A program made the position numbers and the translations under genes. The notes beneath the pieces were generated by a model, which saw nothing but the letters and a program-made list of their open reading frames with translations, did no database searches and was not told where the DNA came from. From assembly GCA_965230895.1 (NCBI GenBank), contig OZ246394.1, forward strand, positions 633,316 to 697,315: DNA of 64,000 nt, given 5' to 3'. The first letter of the stretch is position 1; each line of letters opens with the position of its first letter. Shown piece after piece: positions 8,686 through 18,729 of this stretch. The DNA comes from an uncultured Gammaproteobacteria bacterium. GTDB taxonomy: Bacteria > Patescibacteriota > Microgenomatia > Levybacterales > UBA12049.

Positions 8686-10683
8686 ATGAAATTTCAGATC
8701 GAATCAAAATTTAAACCTACAGGAGATCAGCCAAAGGCAATTGAAACCCTCACCGAAAACATCCAAAAAGGTGCGAAGCATCAAACACTTTTGGGTGTAA
8801 CCGGTAGTGGAAAAACCTTTACCATGGCGAACACGATTCAAAACGTACAAAAGCCAACGTTGATCATTTCGCATAATAAAACACTTGCAGGACAACTGTA
8901 TCAAGAATTCCGGGACTTTTTCCCGAACAATGCAGTTTCGTACTTTGTTTCATATTATGACTACTACCAACCTGAAGCATATATGCCTCAAACAGATACA
9001 TATATCGAAAAAGAATCTGAGATTAATGAAGAAATTGATCGGTTACGATTGGCAGCGACAACGAATCTGCTCACTCGAAAAGATGTCATTGTGGTAGCAT
9101 CTGTTTCTTGTATTTATAACTTAGGTTCACCAGTCGAATATGGAAAGTTTGTACTCGAATTAAAAAAAGGCATGAAAATCAGACAATCAGATATTCTTGT
9201 CAGATTAACTGATTTGCAATATGAACGAAATGATTATGAATTCCGCCGTGGATCATTCCGTGTCCGTGGAAACGCAATTGACCTTTTCCCTGCATATGTT
9301 GAGCATGGAATAAGGATCGAAGTGAGTGACTTTGTGACGACAATGTACGAATTCAATCCGCTTACTGGAGATATCATCAATGGACTTGAGGCAACGATAA
9401 TTTATCCGGCTAAGCATTATATGACCGATCCAAAAACCTACCATGATGCTTTTGCAAGAATAAACTCGGATTTGGATCGACGCGTCGCTGAATTAAAAAA
9501 GGAAAACAAACTCCTTGAAGCACAACGATTGGCGCAACGAACCCACTATGACCTTGAAATGATCAAGGAAGTCGGCTATGTAAATGGTATTGAGAACTAT
9601 TCAATGTATTTTGAAGATCGTCCACCAGGTTCTCCTCCATATTCATTAATTGATTATTTCCAGGCAGCATCCGATGATTGGCTGCTTCTTATCGATGAAT
9701 CTCATATTACTATCCCGCAACTTCGAGGTATGTACAATGGTGACCAAGCACGTAAAAGAACACTGATTGATTATGGTTTTCGTTTACCCTCAGCCCTGGA
9801 TAACCGTCCGCTCAAATTTGATGAATTCATGCGTAAGACAAATCAAATCGTGTATGTCTCAGCAACACCAGACGATTATGAAGTTTCACTTTCTCAAGAA
9901 ACTGAAAACGGCATCGTTGAGCAATTGATCAGGCCAACAGGCCTGGTAGATCCTGAAATTATCATTAAACCTAGTGCAGGACAGATTGAAGATCTTCTTA
10001 AAGAGATTAATGAAAGAGTTGCAAAAAAACAGCGTATTTTAGTCACGACTTTGACCAAACGAATGGCTGAGGAACTAACCAGTTATTTAGAAGAAAAAGG
10101 AGTAAAAGTTGCATACCTTCACTCAGATATTGTCACGCTGCAACGGCAGGATGTTCTGGATAATTTGCGTGTCGGTGAATATGATGTTGTAGTAGGAATT
10201 AACCTTTTACGTGAAGGTTTGGACTTGCCTGAAGTTTCTCTCGTAGCAATACTCGATGCAGACAAAGAAGGGTTCCTAAGATCAAGAACATCATTAATTC
10301 AAACCATGGGGCGAGCAGCAAGAAACGTTGATGCAAAAGTTATTATGTATGCTGATCGTATAACTAAATCAATGCAAGCAGCAATTGATGAAGGCGAGCG
10401 CCGTCGTACAATCCAACTTGCATATAACAAAGAGCATAATATTACGCCGAAGACGATTAATAAAGCAATTCGTGCAAAACTCGTTGATCAAAAAGAAGAG
10501 GAAGCAAAAGCAACCGTTGAGTCATTAATGCAATTTAGCGCTAAGGATGTTTTACTGCCAGATGAACGGGAGGATTTATTGAAACAACTTCGTAAAGAAA
10601 TGAAGGGTGCAGCTGAACGATTGGATTTTGAAATGGCGATTGCGCTGAGAGATAAAATCAAGCAAGTTCAGAAAAAGAAGTAA
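8686..10683 (+). CDS. uvrB: Excinuclease ABC subunit B
   Basis: PTGDQP, GVTGSGKT, YFVSYYDYYQPEAY, IDESH, C-terminal UVR domain. Confidence 0.97.
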   Translation: MKFQIESKFKPTGDQPKAIETLTENIQKGAKHQTLLGVTGSGKTFTMANTIQNVQKPTLIISHNKTLAGQLYQEFRDFFPNNAVSYFVSYYDYYQPEAYMPQTDTYIEKESEINEEIDRLRLAATTNLLTRKDVIVVASVSCIYNLGSPVEYGKFVLELKKGMKIRQSDILVRLTDLQYERNDYEFRRGSFRVRGNAIDLFPAYVEHGIRIEVSDFVTTMYEFNPLTGDIINGLEATIIYPAKHYMTDPKTYHDAFARINSDLDRRVAELKKENKLLEAQRLAQRTHYDLEMIKEVGYVNGIENYSMYFEDRPPGSPPYSLIDYFQAASDDWLLLIDESHITIPQLRGMYNGDQARKRTLIDYGFRLPSALDNRPLKFDEFMRKTNQIVYVSATPDDYEVSLSQETENGIVEQLIRPTGLVDPEIIIKPSAGQIEDLLKEINERVAKKQRILVTTLTKRMAEELTSYLEEKGVKVAYLHSDIVTLQRQDVLDNLRVGEYDVVVGINLLREGLDLPEVSLVAILDADKEGFLRSRTSLIQTMGRAARNVDAKVIMYADRITKSMQAAIDEGERRRTIQLAYNKEHNITPKTINKAIRAKLVDQKEEEAKATVESLMQFSAKDVLLPDEREDLLKQLRKEMKGAAERLDFEMAIALRDKIKQVQKKK

Positions 10684-10684
10684 T

Positions 10685-11383
10685 TTACTTTTGCTTTCTT
10701 ACCCTGACATATGCATCACTTGCCGTGATTCGTTGCTGCAAAGCATCTAGTGAAGATCCTTTAGAACCTTTGAAAACAGCCACGATTGGAGCTGTATTAT
10801 CGACAAAGTCTCGTAGGCGAACATCATCTCGTACCTTCGAGTATCGCACTTCTAATCTCTTTCCAACTTCTGGTTTACCCATTACCCGCGCTCCTTGATC
10901 AAAATGCAATTGAGGATTATTTTCATTCGCAACTTCAGGGAGTGGTTCCCAACCAATTGCTGTACCTAACTCACTCGGAAGCAATCCGCCCTGACCTAAC
11001 ATAAGAACACTCCCCTTACTCGTTATACAAGCGAATTCTGATCTTTGAAACTCTCCATTGTGAGGCTCGTAATGCATTTGTTGTATATCCTGAAAACCTT
11101 CTTCAGCCATGAGTTTTGGGACAACAGCTTGGCGGATTAACCATGTTCGAGCAATTTCGTTATGAAGACTTTCATCGAATACATCTCCTGCCTCTTTTGC
11201 TTTTTCCATGACCATTGCATCAATAAATCTTTTATATTCTTTTGGAACCTCTCGATAATAATTTCCCTGAGCTTTATCATCAATTTCAGTTATTGCTTCT
11301 TCTGTTAATAACTCTGTGCGAAAAATGTGCTCTGACTCAGCAATAGATGGAGGAACGACAGTTTTAAGCTCAAATTCTTTCAT
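10685..11383 (-). CDS. Hypothetical protein
   Basis: 232-aa ORF that fills the gap between uvrB and pyk; no recognised motif. Confidence 0.65.
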   Translation of the reverse strand: MKEFELKTVVPPSIAESEHIFRTELLTEEAITEIDDKAQGNYYREVPKEYKRFIDAMVMEKAKEAGDVFDESLHNEIARTWLIRQAVVPKLMAEEGFQDIQQMHYEPHNGEFQRSEFACITSKGSVLMLGQGGLLPSELGTAIGWEPLPEVANENNPQLHFDQGARVMGKPEVGKRLEVRYSKVRDDVRLRDFVDNTAPIVAVFKGSKGSSLDALQQRITASDAYVRVRKQK

Positions 11384-11406
11384 GGTAAAAGAGGGTGAAA
11401 AAAGCG

Positions 11407-12807
11407 CTACGCTCTTTCGACGAAGATCATGTTTGTAGTTCCCACTTCTCCAAATGGTAAACCAGCTGCAATAACAAAAGGTTGTCCAGCCTTTAATTGG
11501 TGGACAGGGTTATTAACAGCGATATGCTTTGCTTGCTTTCGGAAATCCTCAAAGCCTTTTGTAGCTTTGATTTCCATTGGATATACTCCCCATGTGAAGT
11601 TCAATTTACGTACTGAAGCAGCGTTTGGTGAAGCAGCGATGATTTGCTCCTTGTGTCGATGACGTGAGATATTTCGAGCACATCGTCCTGACTCAGTGAA
11701 AGCGATGATAAGTTCTGCTCCAATCTGGTCAGCAATATCGCCTGCTGAAGCACTTACAGCATGACTTATTGAAGAATTTTCGTTGAAATCCAAATGATCT
11801 CGATGCTTTACAGCCTCGCGAATAATGTTTGACATTGTTTCAACAGTTTCAACTGGAAATTGGCCTCGAGCTGTTTCAGCTGAAAGCATGACACAATCTG
11901 TACCATCCAAAATAGCATTTGCAACGTCAGTTACTTCTGCTCTTGTTGGGATTGAACGACTGACCATTGATTCAAGCATTTGTGTCGCAGTAATAACTGG
12001 CTTTGATTTACTCAAGCAAAGGTTAATAAGATCTTTTTGAATGTGAGGAACTTTTGCCATTGGGACTGCAAGTCCCATATCACCTCGAGCGACCATAAGA
12101 GCATCTGCAACTTCAAGAATTGATTCTGCATTTTCAACTCCGCCTGCTGTTTCAATCTTTGCAACAGTCATGATTGGAGAATTCTTTGGAAGGAGAGCTT
12201 TAACTTCATTAACATCATCAGCTGATTGTACAAATGAAAGTGCAAGCGCATCAACTTCCATCTTTACCATAAGCTTGATAGAATTTTTATCCTTTTCTGA
12301 AATACCAGTCTTACTCAACGCAATACCTTCAGCGAGGAAACCTTTTCGTGAAAGAAGCGGACCTCCCACAGTAACAACAGCTTCAATTCCTTCTTTTGTT
12401 TTCTTTTCAGCACGAAGTTTAATCGCTCCATCATCAACATAAATTTCTGCACCTGGTTCAATCATGTCGATAATATCTGCATAATTTAATGAGAATTTTT
12501 CTGCTGTACCAGTGATGTGTTCTCGAACGATAGTAACTTTGTGGCCTTTAACCAATTCAGCACCTTCAACAATTTCTTCAATACGGATTTTTGGACCTGC
12601 TAAATCACCCATGATAGCAACTGGTCGTCCTGCTGCCTTTTCTGCTTTACGAATCCATGAAAATCTATTATCAATTTCTTCTTGAGTTGCATGTGAGAGG
12701 TTAATACGGAAAACATCGACTCCTGCATTCACTAATGCGAGAACTGTTTCATAACTATCACTTGAAGGACCGGTGGTCGCTACTATTTTAACTGGTTTCA
12801 TCTTCAT
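11407..12807 (-). CDS. pyk: Pyruvate kinase
   Basis: KIVATTGP, RINLSH, DLAGPKIR, AKIET, MVARGDMG, ATQMLESM, PTRAEVTDVANA. Confidence 0.96.
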   Translation of the reverse strand: MKMKPVKIVATTGPSSDSYETVLALVNAGVDVFRINLSHATQEEIDNRFSWIRKAEKAAGRPVAIMGDLAGPKIRIEEIVEGAELVKGHKVTIVREHITGTAEKFSLNYADIIDMIEPGAEIYVDDGAIKLRAEKKTKEGIEAVVTVGGPLLSRKGFLAEGIALSKTGISEKDKNSIKLMVKMEVDALALSFVQSADDVNEVKALLPKNSPIMTVAKIETAGGVENAESILEVADALMVARGDMGLAVPMAKVPHIQKDLINLCLSKSKPVITATQMLESMVSRSIPTRAEVTDVANAILDGTDCVMLSAETARGQFPVETVETMSNIIREAVKHRDHLDFNENSSISHAVSASAGDIADQIGAELIIAFTESGRCARNISRHRHKEQIIAASPNAASVRKLNFTWGVYPMEIKATKGFEDFRKQAKHIAVNNPVHQLKAGQPFVIAAGLPFGEVGTTNMIFVERA

Positions 12808-12819
12808 AAAAATTAAGAG

Positions 12820-12836
12820 CCCGGATCAAGTCCGGG
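12820..12836. repeat. REP-like hairpin CCCGGA-TCAAG-TCCGGG
   Basis: Short GC-rich inverted repeat in an AT-rich intergenic gap. Confidence 0.5.
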
Positions 12837-12854
12837 ACAACATTAAGTATATAC

Positions 12855-13238
12855 CTAACTGATGTTTTTGACAAGGTCTATTGTTAAAAGCTCGTTTTTG
12901 GCATTTAAAATGACTCCAATTGCGTCGATTCTCATGAGATTTGGCAATTTTGGATGATTCATCTTATAAAAATGTGCGGCCCGAATTAAGGTCTTTACCT
13001 TATAATATCCAATTGCTTCAAAGGGCGTTCCGAAATCATTTGATGTGCGAGTTTTTACTTCAATAAAAACGAGAGTTTTTATCCCTAAAGGTGATGTCTC
13101 AATCGCAACAATATCAATCTCTCCACCTCGAATCCTAAAGTTGCGAGTGATAATCTCATAACCATTCCTTCGAAGATAGGATGCTGCAAGCTCTTCTCCC
13201 CTTTTTCCTTCATCCAACTTATCTACTTTCACAGACAA
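12855..13238 (-). CDS. yraN: YraN/UPF0102 family endonuclease
   Basis: GEELAASYL, RNFR..GEIDIVA, LVFIEVKTR, RIDAIGV. Confidence 0.9.
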   Translation of the reverse strand: MSVKVDKLDEGKRGEELAASYLRRNGYEIITRNFRIRGGEIDIVAIETSPLGIKTLVFIEVKTRTSNDFGTPFEAIGYYKVKTLIRAAHFYKMNHPKLPNLMRIDAIGVILNAKNELLTIDLVKNIS

Positions 13239-13267
13239 ATCATATAATTAAATGAGACATTTGTCTA

Positions 13268-13534
13268 TTATAAATCTTTGAGGAATTCTAAAACTTTTCG
13301 TCCTCGAGGAGTTATCGTATGGAGGACAAAATTTGCATCATTCGTTTTAACAATAAGTCCAGCCAGCATTAGTCGGCGTAAGTGTTCACTTGCAGTTTTG
13401 AAATTGATATCCAAGCGTTGAGAGATCTCTTGCAATGAAAGTTCGGACTCTCCTTCAAGAAGATCCAATATATCCAGCCGACGATGATTAGCAAAACCTT
13501 TTACAATTGTTTCGAGTTCAGTATTTGTATGCAT
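13268..13534 (-). CDS. ArsR-like winged-helix transcription regulator
   Basis: KGFANHRRLDIL...LSLQEISQRL..NFKTASEHLRRL..AGLI. Confidence 0.8.
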   Translation of the reverse strand: MHTNTELETIVKGFANHRRLDILDLLEGESELSLQEISQRLDINFKTASEHLRRLMLAGLIVKTNDANFVLHTITPRGRKVLEFLKDL

Positions 13535-13614
13535 ACAAGAGACTAACTTATTGATGAGATATTCTCAATTTCTTAAGAATATAAGCTAACTATACCACTT
13601 TCCTAAAATTTTGC

Positions 13615-13641
13615 AAAAAAAATCCCGATCAATGTCGGGAT
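13615..13641 (-). terminator. Probable intrinsic terminator of rplS
   Basis: ATCCCGA/TCGGGAT stem followed by a T-run on the minus strand. Confidence 0.6.
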
Positions 13642-13664
13642 GAGTTGAATCAAAAGCTTAAACC

Positions 13665-13952
13665 TTAGTCTAATTTCTTTGATTTAAGGTATGTTAACTT
13701 TGCTCTTCGGATTCTTTTCTTTGGCTTTGCATCAACTTCGATCTTTTCAATATTTGGAGAATCTACAGGCCAAATACGCTCAACAGCAATTTGTCCAACC
13801 ATCTTTTGAACGGTGAACATCTTATTGCCTGTTCGGCCCTTAATTCCGAGAACTACACCTTTAAAGATCTGAATACGAGTCTTGTCGCCTTCTTGAATCT
13901 TCTGGTGAACTTTAATAGTATCTCCTGGTGCGAAATTAATTGTTTGCAACAT
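13665..13952 (-). CDS. rplS: 50S ribosomal protein L19
   Basis: GDTIKVHQKIQEGDKTRIQIFKGVV, FTV, VERIWP, RRAKLTYL. Confidence 0.95.
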   Translation of the reverse strand: MLQTINFAPGDTIKVHQKIQEGDKTRIQIFKGVVLGIKGRTGNKMFTVQKMVGQIAVERIWPVDSPNIEKIEVDAKPKKRIRRAKLTYLKSKKLD

Positions 13953-14000
13953 ATTTGTGTATTATAGCGAAAATCCTCGCATTACTCAAGCTTTAAAATA

Positions 14001-15674
14001 TTATTTGTTCTTTGCGGCAGCTGCGACCAATCCGAGGAACACTGGATGTGGTTTGAGAGGACGACTTTTGTACTCTGGATGACCTTGTGTACCAATATAA
14101 TATGGATGACCTGGAATTTCGATAATTTCGACTAAACCCTCTTGCACTGATCGAGCTGAAATAACAAGTCCAGCTTTTTCTAAATCTTCAGCGTACTTTC
14201 CATTTACTTCATATCGATGTCGATGACGTTCTGATGTCAGACCTTTTGACTCATCAATGAACTGATCGTACTTTTTGTAGAGGTCCCAAGCCAAGGTTTT
14301 TTTCTTTACTTTTGCGTCCCATCCACCCAAACGCATCGTTCCACCATAAGCTCGTCTTTCCATCAATTCTTTTTGCGTAGGAATCATATAAATGACTGGA
14401 TGCTTACTTTTAGCCACGTTTTCAGTAGTATTTGCATCCCGCCATTTTAGCACTCCTCGAGCGAAAGCGATAACTGCGAGTTGCATACCGTAACAAAGAC
14501 CCAAATATGGGATGTTCTGTGTACGTGCATAATCTGCTGCTGCGATCATCCCTTCAGCGCCTCTTTCACCCCAACCGATTGGGACGATAATGGCATCAGG
14601 AGTACCGATAATTTTCTCTGCACCTTCTTTTTCAATCTTCTCTGCATTAACCCAATGTGTCTTTATATTGACGCCCTCAGCCCAACCAGCATGATCAATT
14701 GCATCAAAAAGTGCTGCATATGAATCACGCAATTGATATTCGCCAGTTCCAAAGTATTTTCCAATGATTGCTATATCAATTGTCTTCTTCTTTGGTGCTT
14801 TGACTTTCTCAACAAATTTCTTCCATTCTTTCAGTTTTGGTTCTTTATATGGCAAATTGAATTTACCAAGAATTCGACGAACAATACCCTGCTCATGCAT
14901 GACAAGTGGGATTTCGTAAACCGTATCTAAGTCAGGATTAGAGATAATATCTTCTGGATGCATGTTACAGAACAATGCGAAACGATCCTTTCTGCGCTGA
15001 TCTATTGGCTTTTCAGAGCGTGCAATGATGAAATCTGGCTGAATACCCATTGAATTTAATGTCTTTACTGAAAGCTGTGTAGGCTTTGTCTTTGGCTCAC
15101 CCAAATGCCCAGGCGTTGGAACATAACTTACATGGATATGAATGACGTCGCCAGGATTTCGCAAAGTCATAATACGAGAAGCTTCATAATACAAAACATT
15201 TTGATATTCTCCAGCTGTACCACCAAGTTCAATCAAAACAATATCTGCGTCCTTTTTCTCACCAAGTCCTTTTATTCGGGAAATAATTTCATCTGTAATA
15301 TGAGGAATAGCCTCGACATCTTCACCTTTGTATTCAAACCGGCGCTCTCGATCTATAACCGTTTGGTAGATTCGACCAATTGTCACAAAACTATCTTTAT
15401 CCATCTCAACATCAAGGAATTTTTCATATGTTCCGATGTCCATATCGCCTTCTGTGCCATCCTCACAAAGGAAGGGATCACCGTGTTCAATAGGATTAAT
15501 AGTACCTGCATCAAGGTTGAGATAGTTTTCAAATTTAATAGGGGCAACTGTAAAGCCTGCTTGTTTTAAGAGGAAAGCAATGGAGGCCGATGTAAGGCCT
15601 TTACCGATTCCGGAAATTACTCCTCCGGAAACAAATATATATTTCGTATGCTTTTTCAATTGTGTTCGGGGCAC
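14001..15674 (-). CDS. pyrG: CTP synthase
   Basis: KYIFVSGGVISGIGKG, KTKPTQ, LGLCYGMQ, ERHRHRYE, QGHPEY. Confidence 0.96.
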   Translation of the reverse strand: MPRTQLKKHTKYIFVSGGVISGIGKGLTSASIAFLLKQAGFTVAPIKFENYLNLDAGTINPIEHGDPFLCEDGTEGDMDIGTYEKFLDVEMDKDSFVTIGRIYQTVIDRERRFEYKGEDVEAIPHITDEIISRIKGLGEKKDADIVLIELGGTAGEYQNVLYYEASRIMTLRNPGDVIHIHVSYVPTPGHLGEPKTKPTQLSVKTLNSMGIQPDFIIARSEKPIDQRRKDRFALFCNMHPEDIISNPDLDTVYEIPLVMHEQGIVRRILGKFNLPYKEPKLKEWKKFVEKVKAPKKKTIDIAIIGKYFGTGEYQLRDSYAALFDAIDHAGWAEGVNIKTHWVNAEKIEKEGAEKIIGTPDAIIVPIGWGERGAEGMIAAADYARTQNIPYLGLCYGMQLAVIAFARGVLKWRDANTTENVAKSKHPVIYMIPTQKELMERRAYGGTMRLGGWDAKVKKKTLAWDLYKKYDQFIDESKGLTSERHRHRYEVNGKYAEDLEKAGLVISARSVQEGLVEIIEIPGHPYYIGTQGHPEYKSRPLKPHPVFLGLVAAAAKNK

Positions 15675-15715
15675 GATTTATGTTACCAAATCAAACTAAA
15701 TGTGTCAATAAGATC

Positions 15716-16144
15716 TTATTTGATAAGTTTAACCTCATCGACATCTAGAACGACTAAGGGCTCATCAATACTTTTACAAACATTCTGCACACATTGCATT
15801 GATGCACTGACGAACCTTCCGTTAGTAATTATTGCTGGCTTATCTTCAAAAGACTGTAAGTCCAAAGCAGTTTTACCGACAGTTACACTAAAGAAATTCT
15901 TTGAACCATGCTGGTCATTTAAAACCACATTATCACCTTTATAATTAACGCAATAAATTTCACGGTTTTGAACTGGAGTTTCATCCCAACCTTGAATTGG
16001 ACATTGTTTGGTAATAATGTATTCTCCTTGCGCATTATTCAAAGGAAAAAACTGTGGAGGGATATCAAGAAAATACTTCCAAAAGAAGACACCAATAGCA
16101 AAAAAGAAAATAATTGTAAAAATAAGGCCCAACTTTTTCATCAA
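15716..16144 (-). CDS. Hypothetical membrane-anchored/exported protein
   Basis: N-terminal TM helix and a soluble domain with four Cys. Confidence 0.6.
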   Translation of the reverse strand: MMKKLGLIFTIIFFFAIGVFFWKYFLDIPPQFFPLNNAQGEYIITKQCPIQGWDETPVQNREIYCVNYKGDNVVLNDQHGSKNFFSVTVGKTALDLQSFEDKPAIITNGRFVSASMQCVQNVCKSIDEPLVVLDVDEVKLIK

Positions 16145-16164
16145 AGATAAGTAAGGCAGATTTG

Positions 16165-16205
16165 GAGCGGGCCGCCGAAGCGAGCCTCGCTCTTTTAGAG
16201 CGGGC
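16165..16205. repeat. Miniature palindromic element (GCGAGCCTCGC core) between 8-bp direct repeats GAGCGGGC
   Basis: Direct repeats at 16165-16172 and 16198-16205; a related copy lies at 42108-42142. Confidence 0.55.
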
Positions 16206-16229
16206 GATGGGAGTCGGACCCACTGCCTT
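16198..16229 (-). repeat. Distal att copy (tRNA-Gly 3' fragment)
   Basis: 32 bp identical to 40990-41021, with degenerate similarity continuing to ~16252. Confidence 0.88.
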
Positions 16230-16311
16230 ATTCTTGGTAACAGGATGTTCTATTCAAAAACTCATCGAATAACTCTGCAATTTTAACAAGAAACCATGGG
16301 GTAATCAACGG

Positions 16312-16833
16312 CTATAAGGACTTAATTTTAGAATTGTTAATAGCTTCTGATATCTGTCTCGATATTTCACTTATTTGGTAGTCTCTTGTAATATGAACAT
16401 GAAGCATGGGAATATTTACATCACCAAATACATTGTCTACAAGTTCATCCCGTAAGCTTCTATTCTTTTCATTATGACTTCCTCCGTCCAATTCAACAAT
16501 TAATAAAGGATTAAATGTAGCTCTATCACAAATGACAAAATCTACATGTTTCTGAGTTATTTTATTAAGCATCGGCCAATAATCTTTGTCAGACTTATCA
16601 ATCGCCATAGTTACTAAATCTGCAATTCTAACTTTTGGGCAAATATACATCTGAGGAGTCACGGCTTGAGCCAAAACATCAAAAAATCTTTTTTCTCCAT
16701 CATTAAGTAAAGAAGTACCTTTCTGTTTATATACTCTTCTCCACTTTTTTTTTGAGGTGAAATATATGATAACTCCTAGAGCAATCAATATTCCTAAAAG
16801 AATTAGTATTAGAAAAATATTATTATTTATCAT
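16312..16833 (-). CDS. DUF2726 family membrane-anchored protein
   Basis: N-terminal TM, LLNDGEKRFF, PKVRIADL, KHVDFVIC, IVELDGGSH, RD motifs. Confidence 0.85.
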   Translation of the reverse strand: MINNNIFLILILLGILIALGVIIYFTSKKKWRRVYKQKGTSLLNDGEKRFFDVLAQAVTPQMYICPKVRIADLVTMAIDKSDKDYWPMLNKITQKHVDFVICDRATFNPLLIVELDGGSHNEKNRSLRDELVDNVFGDVNIPMLHVHITRDYQISEISRQISEAINNSKIKSL

Positions 16834-16837
16834 AGTT

Positions 16838-18625
16838 TTACCAATATAGTGTACTATTAGCCTTCAACTGGTACTCCTTTATTCTTTTATCTCTCGGATT
16901 TTCGAAATAAAGAATATATGCCATCCCCTTATTCGCTGCTGGGCTGTTAGGATTAAGTATTAATGCTTTTTGATTAAATTCCTTTGCCTTTGAAAGATAG
17001 TTCATATTAAAAAGGAATGTGCCGAGGTTAGTATAGGCATCAAAGCTTGCGTATTGGTAGTCCTTCAAATCTAACTTAGCCAAATCAATTGGCTGTAAGC
17101 CCAACTCCTGTTGTACCTCGGTCTTTACAAAGACGATCATGAATTGATCAAGGAATACGATCTTCCACTCAGGATCTTTATTCATAGCATTGAAAAATGC
17201 TAGTGTTTCTTTATTCTGGTCAAGGATTGAGAAGATGACTGTTTTTATCCCCTTCTCCTGCTCAAGCTTTTTAAACTTTTTGTAGCCTGCCAGTACAGGC
17301 AGATATTCTTCAGTGAAGTATGTGGCAGGATATGCCTCAGGTCTTCCATCGACAGAAACTTTGTATTCGGGATACCCACGGTAAAAGATGTAACTCCCAA
17401 TATTGAAGTTATTAAATATCGGCTGAGGTAACTTATTTGTAAGTACATAATCCATCGCTGGCTTTGCGTCTTCTGTGAACTCAAGTTTTGGCGTCCAGGT
17501 ACGATAGGTTAAAGCATAATAGGAACCATTAAGGTAAAGTATCGCTTCGAGGATGATAAATGACGCAAGGAGAATATTGGTCATTTTAACCCAAACATTA
17601 TCCTTCATATAGTTAAAGTTCATCAGTACATATGGAAGTGAGATGAGGAAAAGATACGGGAACCCTCTCATGCTCTGCGTTGCCAATCCTAAACCCAATA
17701 AGGTAAGTAAAATATTCTTCAATGAGAACTTGGTTCTGAAAAAACTTGCATAGATTGAGGCAAGAACAATAAACGCTGCCATGTAATAAAACCCAAAGTC
17801 TGGATTTACAAAATTTGTTTCCTGCAAAGCAAATATCGTTTTATTCTCTGTGATGGTGACACCGTAGTTATTGAACACTGTGAATGGGTAAATTGCTCCT
17901 TTAATGAAGTTTGGATTAATAAATGAAGCTAGAATTGAAGCAATGGTAACTCCCGTAAGTATCCATATCTGTTTACTCAACCCTGCCACATTCTGCATAT
18001 ACTTCTTAAAGAGTAAATCAGCCAAGAATATTACTTGGATAAATATCCCCACAGGAAAATAGATATGACTATTCGCCCATACTAATGATACAAAAGGCAG
18101 AGCATATATTAGCTTGGAATTATGCTTCACAAACCGCTCAAGAATGAGCAAGTGCAACACAGTAAAAAGAAAACTCAAAATCTCAGGACGCATTTCTGAT
18201 CGTCCCCTGAATAAATGGAGAAAAATAAATGAGACAGAAAAGAAAAGAGCAGATTTTGTTTTGTACGCTATGACTAAGACGATGCCGACAATAAGTAATA
18301 GGATCAAGAATTTGAACACAAGCATTGCTTGAAGCCCTATCGTGACACTTCCCAAGTAGACAAGCACTTCAAAAAGCCAATGATGGTTAACAAATGGGAA
18401 ATTGGGATAGGTGTAAGAGAAGAGATTGGTATTAGGAACTGATTGAGTATTCCAAATAATCTCCCCTAACTTTAAATGCCGCCCAAGATCTTGATTAAAG
18501 GATTGGTCATTGTGGAAGAGGAAGGAGAATGCAAGAAAAAAAAGAAGAGCAAAAGGCCAGAATTTAAAATACATTTCTTTTAACCATTTGATCTGTTTAC
18601 CATTCAAGCCTAACTTATAACTCAT
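16838..18625 (-). CDS. Polytopic membrane protein, GT-C glycosyltransferase-like, with a C-terminal TPR
   Basis: DLGRHLKLGE..FSYT...HHWLFE, RPE, WANSH and VDGRPE motifs, many TM segments, TPR-like tail. Confidence 0.65.
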   Translation of the reverse strand: MSYKLGLNGKQIKWLKEMYFKFWPFALLFFLAFSFLFHNDQSFNQDLGRHLKLGEIIWNTQSVPNTNLFSYTYPNFPFVNHHWLFEVLVYLGSVTIGLQAMLVFKFLILLLIVGIVLVIAYKTKSALFFSVSFIFLHLFRGRSEMRPEILSFLFTVLHLLILERFVKHNSKLIYALPFVSLVWANSHIYFPVGIFIQVIFLADLLFKKYMQNVAGLSKQIWILTGVTIASILASFINPNFIKGAIYPFTVFNNYGVTITENKTIFALQETNFVNPDFGFYYMAAFIVLASIYASFFRTKFSLKNILLTLLGLGLATQSMRGFPYLFLISLPYVLMNFNYMKDNVWVKMTNILLASFIILEAILYLNGSYYALTYRTWTPKLEFTEDAKPAMDYVLTNKLPQPIFNNFNIGSYIFYRGYPEYKVSVDGRPEAYPATYFTEEYLPVLAGYKKFKKLEQEKGIKTVIFSILDQNKETLAFFNAMNKDPEWKIVFLDQFMIVFVKTEVQQELGLQPIDLAKLDLKDYQYASFDAYTNLGTFLFNMNYLSKAKEFNQKALILNPNSPAANKGMAYILYFENPRDKRIKEYQLKANSTLYW

Positions 18626-18729
18626 GACTATAATAGTATCTTTTTTAGTCTTTCTCTACAATAGATTTTTAACACTTTGATATATTGACAATGAAATATC
18701 CTCTTGATTAACTAGATATAGAACTTCAA

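Noticed and set aside
16198-16252. Possible extra tRNA genes at 16.2 kb and 22.5 kb
   Set aside because: Both lack the 5' acceptor strand and D-arm, and the anticodon stem cannot pair; they are att remnants.
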